Positions 1-9,889 of a stretch of 64,000 bases of DNA are shown in pieces. Each line of letters starts with the position of its first letter. The first letter of the stretch is position 1. Origin of the DNA: Octopus bimaculoides (taxonomy: Eukaryota); assembly GCF_001194135.2 (NCBI RefSeq), contig NC_068983.1, positions 92,472,331 through 92,536,330 of the forward strand, written 5' to 3'. A program made the translations under genes and the position numbers. A model generated the notes under the pieces. It had not been told where the DNA came from and ran no database searches. It saw only the letters and a list, made by a program, of their open reading frames with translations.

Positions 1-233
1 ACATAAAAGACACCATTTCGAGCGTGGCCGTTTTCGTGCGGGTGACACGTAAAAGCACCCACTACACTCTCTGAGTGGTTGGCGTTAGGAAGGGCATCCA
101 GCTGTAGAAACTCTGCCAAATCAGACTGGAGCCTGGTGTTGCCATCCGGTTTCACCAGTCCTCAGTCAAATCGTCCAACCCATGCTAGCATGGAAAGCGG
201 ACGTTAAACGATGATGATGATGATGATGATGAT
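1..233 (+). mobile_element. 3' tail of a young RTE-type LINE family ending in (GAT)n
   Basis: Near-identical to 56756-57078 (+), 27823-28001 (-) and 47760-48033 (-), which adjoin RTE ORF2 ends; ends acgttaaac(gat)n. Confidence 0.75.
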
Positions 234-511
234 TTGAAATTCCACTGTTGTCAACTTTGCCTTTTATTCCTCTGAAGGTAATAAAATAAGTAACAGTCAA
301 GTACTTATGTTATGAGAATTGACTTTCCATTCACCCAGAATATATGACCTAGTGCATGAGATAGTAATCAATATTTATATGCTGGCCAACCTTCTCTTTG
401 ACACTTTGCTGAGGTGCAATTCACATAATATTTAGTACATATACATATTCAATACAATAAATAATTAAATAAAGAAATCAATATATTTTCTTTTCACTAT
501 CATTTATATAG

Positions 512-628
512 GTGAACAATACTGATCTAACCAAAGCAACACACCAGGAAGCTGTAATGGCATTGATCAAACCTTGCAATCAGATGACACTGGAAGTGGT
601 ACATGAACCCCCACTGCTAGGTCTACAT
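512..628 (+). CDS. scrib: Scribble-like exon, C-terminal half of PDZ3 (VNNTDLTKATHQEAVMALIKPCNQMTLEVVHEPPLLGLH)
   Basis: Acceptor tatag at 507-511, donor gtgagt at 629; 117 nt, phase 0/0, open. The peptide matches the recalled Scribble PDZ3 end (ATHQEAVSALLRPC...PPGL). Confidence 0.88.
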
Positions 629-1479
629 GTGAGTTTTTCTCACTAAAATCTACCTCATCACTAATACACCAACCTGCTAGAATGTTGAACATCACTAAAC
701 ACTACCATGTCACTGAACACTAACATGTCATTAAACACTATCACATCAAGCTTGCATACTACACATTCCCATATCAATTAACAACAAACTATTTTGAAAA
801 CCTTATTAAATTACATATGAACTGATGATCAAACTTTTTGTATCAGGAAAGGAATTTCAGCATAATTCAAGCAGAAAGCTGCTTAATACAATAGCCAAAC
901 CTTCTGGAACAAATTCTTTTCTGTCTTCAAATTAGAGTTTGGACAGCCTTCCTTACAATAAAGAGGAAATGGCTTTAACCATACTGAATTAGTAATGGAA
1001 CTTCTACATTGATATTTAGTGCTGAGTATCAACTTAGCTATCTCACCTCTTTAGTGCTTTTAAGATAGGACTCACATATTTCATAATAAAATAACACAAC
1101 CATGGCTGAAGTGCAAATCTAAAAATAATTTAGTCTGTTACCCTCACAGGTCTGCTGATGCACAGTGATGTTCAATCAATACAGTAAATACCACTAAACA
1201 GTCTACTACAGAACAGTTGGCCCCTATTAAGCACTGCTACACTACTATCCTTGGTTGCAGTTGTCATATCATGTAAGCACAAGCTAACTCACTAAATGTA
1301 AATGAAGTAACAGTAAACACCACTTTACAAAATATAACAAATCAAGACATCTTAATCATCATCACTCCATCATGACACTCATATGCTCTTATCCCTTCCT
1401 TCCTTCCTTAGCAGTTACCTCTTTCATATCACTCTTCTCTCAACTTTTTCAATTTATTTTTCCATTTGCCCATTTTCAG

Positions 1480-1596
1480 AAATACACAATAAGCAAACAT
1501 CCTGATGAAAAGTTGGGTCTCCGAATTCGTGGTGGTGCCCTCACCTATGCAGATAACACTACAAACAGGACAGATGATGGAATATTTATTTCCAAT
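1480..1596 (+). CDS. scrib: Scribble-like exon, start of PDZ4 (KYTISKHPDEKLGLRIRGGALTYADNTTNRTDDGIFISN)
   Basis: Acceptor ttttcag, donor gtaaga at 1597; 117 nt, phase 0/0. Contains the EKLGLRIRGG carboxylate-binding loop and DDGIFIS, as in Scribble PDZ4. Confidence 0.9.
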
Positions 1597-1644
1597 GTAA
1601 GAATTCTCTCTCTCTCTCTTCATATATATATATATATATATATA

Positions 1645-1728
1645 NNNNNNNNNNNNNNNNNNNNNNNNNNNNNNNNNNNNNNNNNNNNNNNNNNNNNNNN
1701 NNNNNNNNNNNNNNNNNNNNNNNNNNNN
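1645..1728. other. Assembly gap (others at 28002-28431, 42395-42404, 48034-48452, 56451-56755)
   Basis: Runs of N. Confidence 1.
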
Positions 1729-3317
1729 ATAGCCTATCACTTCTCAGTCTTCTCAGTGAATGCCTTTCTTTAACTGTCTTTGTCTTTTTTCTCCTGCTTT
1801 CTTTTTATTTTTCATATTCCTCCTCTTATTTTATATTTTACCAGCTTTTTCATTTACTTTACTGCCTTTCCTTCTTTTATGACCATCCTGCTTTGTTCTT
1901 TTTCTTCCTTACTTTTTAGCTTTTATTTAGTAAATTAGTTAATTGTTGACAAACTGAAGTAAGACCAGACTTTGATATCTAATTTAAAACACTTCAGATA
2001 TGCCACTGCAAAAAGGTATGAAAAACAAAAGTTCTTATACATTTCCCCTTTAAAATTTTGGATTTCATGCTTATATAAAGAATTTGGGTTGCTGTTATTG
2101 TTGCTCAGTTGATGAATTTGGGCATTGGATAAACTGTTTTGTGTATTAGATCTGCTCCTTTATATTCTAAGTACAAATTCATTCCTGCCTTACCTTCTTT
2201 TATGATCATCTTGCTTCATTCTTTTTCTTTCTTTCTTTTTAGCTTTTTATTTAGTAAATTAGTTAATTGTTGGCAAACTAAAGTTTATCTACCCTGAAAG
2301 GGTAGATAAAATAAAGTACCCATCAAATATTGGGGTAAATTTAATCACCTAAACTCTCTCTCAGATTTCAGACCTTGTGCCTAAGGGCAATGGATTAACA
2401 GAATTGTTGATGTTGGACAAAATGCTTTGCAATATTTCTTTTGGCTCTTGAGTTCAAATCCTCACAAGATCAATACCGTGTTTCCATGGTTGATTAAAAT
2501 TACCATTTAAGTACTGGGATCAATATAGTTGACTTTGCAATCCCTGAAAATTTCTGTCCTTGTACCTAATTTAGGCAAAAATAGCAAAACATGTAACTAA
2601 ATGATATGCGTACTTCAGTTGCATCCTTCTTACCAAGTTCAAAATTCCACTAGAATTGATTTTGTCTTTTAGCTCTCTAGTGTTAGTATCAGTAATATAC
2701 TGAGATCAATTCAAGTAGTCATGCCCTTTCCCTACAAATAGAAGCCTTGTTTATTATTATTGTTGTTGTTAATGCATTTGAATAACACCAGTAGTAGAAT
2801 CAAAATTAATTTCCTAACAGGTAATTTCCTAACTTTAAGGTACAAAATAATAAACTAAAGGAAATGTAATATGTAACAATACAACAGTGAAAATAGAGTG
2901 CAAATGCTACATTCTCAGTTCAAACCCCACCAACATTGAGTTTGCTTTTACCTTGATGTCATCCAATAAAATAAGTAACAATCAAGCACTCAAATCTATT
3001 TCAGTTGGCTGCACAGCTTGCCTCTCCCCAATTTGTGGCCTTATGTCTTTGTCATTAATAAAAGAATGGTTCAGTGACAGGCTGGGTGGAGCACCCAAGA
3101 ATGTGCCTTGTGATATCTACTTACATTCTTTTGCATTCTGTCTTTAAATCTTACCAATTTTTTTTACCTTTCATTTTCCAAAGTTGATAAGGTGTCTAGT
3201 CAAGTACTGGGGTTGCTTTATTCAAGTAAGCCATCTTTCTTCAAAATTGTGGCTTTGTGCCCAACTTAAAAATCATCTTTATAATTACTATTACTACTAC
3301 TACTACTACTATTACAG

Positions 3318-3380
3318 ATTGCACCTGATGGAGCTGTAGCAAGACATGGCCAGTTAAGTGTTGGACAAAGAATATTGCAA
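3318..3380 (+). CDS. scrib: Scribble-like exon, middle of PDZ4 (IAPDGAVARHGQLSVGQRILQ)
   Basis: Acceptor attacag, donor gtatgt at 3381; 63 nt, phase 0/0. Continues the PDZ fold (GAA.RDGRL.VG.R.L). Confidence 0.88.
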
Positions 3381-3447
3381 GTATGTCTTTTATTTCCTAT
3401 TCTTAAGCCTATGATAATTCTTTGGATTGTTTGTATACCTTTTGTTT

Positions 3448-3927
3448 TTTAGGTGTCTGAGATGTGTATTTGCGATGGTGATGGTAGAATATTAGGAAAT
3501 CAAGACAGGCATGTGTGTAGTGTTCGTAAATATCTTTTTCAGAGAGCAAGCAATAAACTCAGGCAATACAAATGTTTAGCGATGACAAGTTATTCATTGT
3601 AAAATTCTACTGCATCCTGGTATGATAAACTTACAAAGTCGGTGTGTGTGAATACATTATCAAATGGTACCTAATGTGAGACAGGTATTGTAACACTACA
3701 TGTAGGGAGCTGAAGCAAAGAAAGACAGCTAGCAGTCCTAGCTGTGGGCAGTTGGCAAAGGAAAAGGGAAAAGAGTCCTGTTGAGCTCCTTGTATTCCTT
3801 TTATCACTTCCATTATCTGTAAAGGCTGTTGTGTTTTGCACATGTGTCATGGCTGCCTGTTGTGTCCCTTCAGGGCTTTTATGTTTAGCCCTGAGACAAT
3901 CGAAGCAGGCATGACAGGTATGCTACA
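3448..3927 (-). repeat. 3' LTR of the Gypsy at 3448-8407
   Basis: Begins TGTAG (minus, 3927) directly after the PPT; 3448-3774 aligns with 8075-8407. Confidence 0.75.
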
Positions 3928-6900
3928 GAGCCCCTTAGCAGTCATAAAGCTATGGCAATAAGAGACGAAAGAAAATATTTATCTACAGTGCAAAACATAC
4001 CAGGAGCCTTTAAGGTACAAAATAATAAACTAAAGGAAATGTAATATGTAACAATACAATAGTGAAAATAGATTGCAAATGCAATGATGAAAATAGCATG
4101 CATATACAATGAAACAAAATATCACACTTCAAGGAAAGAGTTCATTCAATGTTCCTTTAGATGTAGTAAGTCTGAGTCAGTTTTTTTTGACACTTTTTGT
4201 CTGCTCTTAGTAGTTATGGAGGGTGAATTTGAAGTTTGTTGTGTGAGCGGTGTCTGTTGTGTGGTGTGTACATGATGTGTAATGGGAGTGGGAACAGTTG
4301 TGTCTATGTAGGACTTTTTCAGTCTATCCGCACTGACAATGTCTTTCGCACCTTTATAGTCAATAGTGACAAATTTTTCTTAATGGGATAACACTCAGTA
4401 AGGTCCTTGGTATGGAGGGGTTAATGGATGACTAGCCATATCATTTCTCATGAAAACATGAGTCCAGGATGATATGTCCATAGGAACACAGGATTTAATG
4501 GATTGCTGTCTTGTGTTAGTGGGAGGCAAAAGTCTCCATGTAATGTCTAAGACAATCCAGATAGCTTGAGTAATCTCGTGAATGCAAAGAAACAGGAGTG
4601 ATCATTTAACCAGGTAATGATAAAGGTGATCCATACAATAATTCTGCTGGGGAAAAAAGAATGTCTGCCTTGACAGCAGAATGGAGACCAAGAAGAACAA
4701 TGGGCAAATATTCCATCCATTTCTGTGGGTCAGGATATGCATGCAGAGATGCTTTAAACTGGCGATGGAATCACTTGATACATCCATTTGAGGCAGGATG
4801 GTAGCTCATTATGCAGTTATGTCTTGATCCTAAGATTTTTGTCAGATCATGGAAAAGTTGAGATTCAAATTGTCGATCTCTGTCGGTTGTAATTGTTGTA
4901 GATGTACCGAAACAAGAAATCCAACCCAATACAAGTGCCTGAGCGATAGTTGGTGATGACAAATCTGCAATGGGTATGGCTTCCGGCCATCATGAGAAAT
5001 GGTTTATGCATTTCAATAAGGATGTATATCCCTGACTCAAGGGCCAGGGTCCTAAAAGGTCTATGTGGATATGCTGGAAACAGGTGGGCAAATGTTCCCA
5101 GCAGTGCTTTGATGTGCCTGTGCACCTTCACTTTCTAGCAAGGCAAGCAGTTCCTGGTCCAATCAGCAATGTCTCATCTTATGTTGGGCCACATGAAAAG
5201 AGTTGAAATTAGCTTCAAAGTGGCAGAAACTCCTGGGTGTGAGATGTTATGTAGCACAGAAAACACTCAAATAGATGAGAGTAATTGGTGGAGATATCAC
5301 AAAGAATCTCAGAGTTGGAAGTTGTTACAGGTAGTCATTGAAAGTCAAAGGGAGAGAACTCTGATTTGTTGCTATCTATGTCCTCAGCGCATGGTTGATC
5401 TTCCACCATGGCATCCAAATCGATCTCGGCAGGTGAGAATATGGAGTCAATAGACAAACAAGACAAAACATCGGCAGCGATATTCTCTTTTCCAGGAATG
5501 TACCGGATATCACTGGGGAATTGGAAAATGAAATTCAAGTAATGTATATCTCAGGGTGGGAAAAATTTTTGGGCTTTCATTTCCAAGCAAGAGATAGTAA
5601 CTTGTGATCGGTTAAATTGTGAAATTCCTGCCTTCTAGCATGTGCTGGAAATGTTTGACTATGAGGTAGATGGCAAACAGTTCACGACTGAAAGTACTAT
5701 AATGAGTCTGGGCTGGGTTGAGCCATTTTGAAAAGAATGCAAGAGGTTTCCATTCGGAACCACACAGTTTGTGTAATGCAACCAACACCAAGGTCTGAAG
5801 CATCTACAGACAATGACAGCTTTGCATCAGGAGCCGGATAGGTCAGCATAGGGACATGTCATAAACTCTGTTTGATATCCTGAAAGGCTTTGGTTTGGGT
5901 AGAAGCGAATGAGATGGGTTTATTTGCTTTCTTTCTGTTCTGCAACATATCTGTAAGGGGTGCCAATATTTGTGAACAGTTAAGAATAAACTGTCTGCAA
6001 AAATTTATGAAGCCTAGAAAATGAGGGAGTTACTGCAGTGAAATAGGTACAGGAATCTTTTCAACTGCATCAACTTTTTTAGCTAAAGGCCTGATTCTGT
6101 CTTTGTTGATGATGTGTCTCAGAAAAGTAAGGGAAAGCACTCCGAAAACACATTGCATACTGTTAATGTGAATGCTATGCTGCAACAGATGAGCAAATAG
6201 CTGTTGTAGATGCTTTTCATATTCTGCTTCAGATGAAGTGGCAATGAGAAAATCGTCAATGTACGCATACATGAAATTGAGATCATGAATGACTTCATCT
6301 TTAAAGCATTGGAAAGAGCTTGCAGCATTACATAACTCGAATGGCAGTGTTAAATACTTTAAAGCTCCAAAGGGATTGGTTACAGCAGTTCTGGAATGTT
6401 GTCAGGGTGGATGGGTATTTGGTGGTATGCACAGACAAGATCTAGTTTTGAAAAAATCGTACTGACATGTAGCAAAGCTGTATAATCCTGAAAGTGTGGA
6501 ATGGGACACCGGTCTGGTACTGTGATGGCATTAAGTCATCTATAGTTCCTAGAGGGTCACCAGTTGGCAGATGATTTCTTCAGTACCATGTGTAAGGGAG
6601 AAGTCCTGCTACCGGAAGAAGGACATACAATTCTGTGTTGTAGCATGTGCTTGAATTCTGCTTTTGCAGCCTTAAGTTTTTCTGCTGACAAACGTCTTAG
6701 GTGAGAAAAAACAGGAGGGCCTGTGGTCAAAATGTGGTGTTCTATGAAGTGTGAGTTATTATTTCCATAGGACATGGGTTTTGTTAACTCTGGGAATGAC
6801 TGCAACAATGAGTGGTATTTGTTTGAAGCAGCAGTGACAAAGAAAATCAGGCTGACTGTGGAAACAAAACAGTCAGTGCCATGTACACTGAGTTGCATCT

Positions 6901-8074
6901 TGCTGTCAATCAATTGCCTGTTCTTCAGATCAACCAGGAAGGCAAAATGAGAGAGATCAGCAATTAGAAAAACCCACTGGAAGTATCGTCTGAGTCATAG
7001 ATTTAAGGTGAGAGAAATTTTGCCATATGTTGTGATAGGTAAATGGTTGTCTGCTTGCAAGGTAGTGGCTAAAGGAAAAGGTTTTCTATGTGAATATTTA
7101 ACTGGCCAGATACTACAGGTATCTCCTGAGTCAACCAGGAAGCTTTTCTGGGAAATTTCTTCTTTAATAAAAATTGCACGCTCCATTCTGATGTTTCCCT
7201 GGGTGCAGTATGAGCAAGGTGGTATGCATTTCATTGCCTTGGCACTGTGTGGTGCCAATATACAGATCCCTCATTATCAACGTACTGATGTCTGGTTAGA
7301 GATCTTGAGCAAGATCAGTGTCTTGCATGTGGGACTATGTTCCTTTCTAAATGGAGGTTGCAAACTTCCGCTACCAGGTCTTCAATTGTTTTTTCCATGG
7401 CTCGTTGAAAATCCTGGAACTGGGATGCTATGGCCGCTACAGTAATGGAAGGAGGAGAAGATATCGTCGCACTGGTTATTTTCATTATTTTATCCACTGA
7501 TGTTGCCAGTTGTTCCATGGTACTGATGTCGCACATGGGTGCAAGGATGGCCTGGATGTTAGCAGGCAAGTGAGAAAAGATAACTGCTTGAGAAAACTGC
7601 CCTCTAATGAATTGCCTTCTACAAGCTGGTGCATTCTACACAGCAGTTGCAGCAGTGCTTGGTCTCCCAACTGTTCATCGTTCATCAGTTTGTGAAATTT
7701 TTTCTCCACTGACAGAAAATTCCACCGTAGAATCTCACCCTTGACAGAGGTATAGCTGGCATCCACAGGTGAATTTGTAATTATTTCTCATACTTTGCTC
7801 ATGAGAGCAGTTGGCAAAAAACTTATCAGAAGATGCAATCACTGCGTTTCGGAATACACATGGTTTGCTGCAAAGTAGGATTCCATTTGGACAAATCAAA
7901 CGGAAATGTCTCCAGTGAAAATAGGCACAGGTGGATGAGAAACAGCAGCTATTGAAGGTGATACCATTGTTACTTACCAAGTGTATGAGTCTGGTGAAAG
8001 AAATGTCGCTGTTATGATGCCCTGTACTGCTATGTGAGAAATATTTTGCTTTCCTCCAATATCAGGTTCACCAC

Positions 8075-8407
8075 TTTAGGTGTTTGAGATGTGTATTTGT
8101 GATGGTGATGGTGGAATATTAGGGAATCAAGACAGAGCATGTAGTGTTCATAAGTATCTTTTTCGTGGAGAGCAAACAATAAACTCAGGCAATACAAATG
8201 TTTAGCAATGACAATTTATTCGTTATAAAATGCTACTGCATCCTGGTATAATAAGCTTACAAAATCAGTCCATGTGAATACATTATCAAATGGTACCTAC
8301 TGTGAGACAGGCATCATGACACCACTTGTAGAGTGCTAAAACAAAGAAAGAGAGCTAGTGGTCCTAGCTGTGGGCAGTTGGCAACCTGGCTGCCCAAAGG
8401 GAAAAGA
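8075..8407 (-). repeat. 5' LTR of the Gypsy at 3448-8407, truncated at its outer end
   Basis: Direct repeat of 3448-3774, abutting the PBS; similarity ends after agggaaaaga. Confidence 0.8.
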
Positions 8408-8779
8408 ATTTACTTTGTGTGATTTAAGGGAGATTTGGCTGTTGTTTCTAGCAACTTCTATATTTCTTCCATACCGACGTTCTTACACATCGATCATGCG
8501 CTCAACATATAATATAGAGAGTAAGAGTAAAAGAGGGAGAGAGAGAGAGAGAGAGAAAGTGATACATACAAAGTCATAGATTAAACTTTCCTCTTAGTAT
8601 TTTTTACCTATTTTTCATAACATAGATACATAAAAACACACACAACTACACATACGTGATCTGTGACAACAACATACACATAAACACATACACACATCAA
8701 CATTATAGATATAAGATTTAGTTTGTGTGTGTTTCTTATATAAACACGTGCACACATTGCTATTTTATAACTGTCTTCC

Positions 8780-8960
8780 GTTCTCCCTTCCTCTCTTTCT
8801 CTCTCTTCATTGCTCCCGTTCTCTATTCCTTTCTCCCCCCTCTCTCTCCCTCTTCCTCTCTCCCTCTTCCTCTCTCCCTCTTCTTCTCTCCCTCTACCTC
8901 TCTCCCTCTTCCTCTCTCCCTCTTCCCCTCTTCCTCTCTCCCTCTTCTCTATCGCTCTCT
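8780..8960. repeat. Pyrimidine-rich (CTCTCCCTCTTC)-type tandem repeat
   Basis: Visible tandem units; accounts for the low-complexity ORFs at 8608-9119. Confidence 0.85.
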
Positions 8961-9052
8961 CAAACACATACACGTGCATGTACACACAAGCATTCACTAC
9001 AATATAACTCATGTTCGTCAATGTTTTGTAAATATACAAACTACAGAGATTA

Positions 9053-9872
9053 TCTAGACAGGACAACACATTGCAAATCAGTGAACTTCATTAGAAATGT
9101 GGGTAATTTTCCAGATTAACACCCGTACGATTTTCACTAGGGTGTTAGGGTTTTTGGGTCAGGGTTAGGGTTTTAGGGTTATGGTTAGGGTTAGAGTTTA
9201 GGGTTTACGGTTAGGGTTAAGATTAGGGTTATTGTTACAGTTACGGTTTTAGGGTCAGGGTTAGGGTTTAGGGTTAGGGTTAGTGTTAGGGTTAGGTTTA
9301 GGGTTAGGGTTAGGTAATCGTGCGGGTGTTAATCTGAAAAATTACAGAAATGTGGAAACTACCGACCCTGCCATCTATTATAACTTTTGTTGTTCTGTTT
9401 AATATATACATAGATTATGCCTCCAAAGAAGAGAGTTTGCTGGGGAAAGAAAGCAACCAGTTTAAAAAGACAGCAACAGATTGCAGCAATTCACCACATT
9501 CCAGAAGCTACTTTGAACATAATGCAAAATGGTGCATCAACATCTACTGCCCAATCTGATAGAATTCTGGCAGAACTGTGTAGCAACAGATCGCCAGCAA
9601 TTGCTTCATCACAAATTGCCATCCTAGCTCCTGCGAAAAAGGATTTGTATAGTCAATTAGACGGATGAAATTTACGTATGCTTAATAATGTTACGCAAAA
9701 CAGCCTTCAAACTTGCCCTTTTCATTTCATCGTCTTTTGAATTATGAACATATTTACATCATAAGGGTTTTTTCGTTGTAAGGCTTTCTTTTTTAGTTGA
9801 TTTTCACCTAGCAAGACTTATCATAGATGGCGTAATAAGTCACACCCAGACAACGTCAGGTTATACTGCTAG
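9053..9872 (+). mobile_element. Non-autonomous Helitron with an N-terminal RepHel-like remnant
   Basis: 3' end has hairpin CCAGAC-AAC-GTCAGG (9846-9860), then CTAG (9869-9872) followed by T. Candidate A|TC 5' end at 9052|9053. Internal ORF 9417-9668 (MPPKKRVCWGKKATSLKRQQQIAA...) resembles animal Helitron N-termini as recalled. Confidence 0.6.
9103..9344. mobile_element. MITE with a telomeric (TTAGGG)n body, 30-bp TIRs and a 10-bp TSD (Mutator-like)
   Basis: Left TIR 9103-9132 GTAATTTTCCAGATTAACACCCGTACGATT; right TIR 9316-9344 (one substitution, one deletion); AGAAATGTGG duplicated exactly at 9093-9102 and 9345-9354; interior is degenerate TTAGGG. Confidence 0.85.
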
Positions 9873-9889
9873 TATAAGGATAAAATGAA

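Larger units (their letters stand above)
3448..8407 (-). mobile_element. Decayed Ty3/Gypsy LTR retrotransposon, CsRn1-like
   Basis: Minus-strand fragments in order gag (7980-7000, with CHCC-like C..H..KCIPPC knuckle), protease (LVDSG), RT (RTSPLHMV, YIDDFLIA), RNase H (RELFAIYL, FTI), integrase (YHPASNG). Paired LTRs; PBS TGGTGAACCTG at 8073-8063 resembles the tRNA-Trp PBS; PPT TAAGGGGCTC next to the 3' LTR. Many stops and frameshifts. Confidence 0.9.

Noticed and set aside
8608-9119. Overlapping 110-153 aa ORFs
   Set aside because: Products of CT/GA and CA microsatellites.
9133-9315. True telomere or chromosome-fusion scar
   Set aside because: Short, single orientation, degenerate, and enclosed by TIRs with a TSD.
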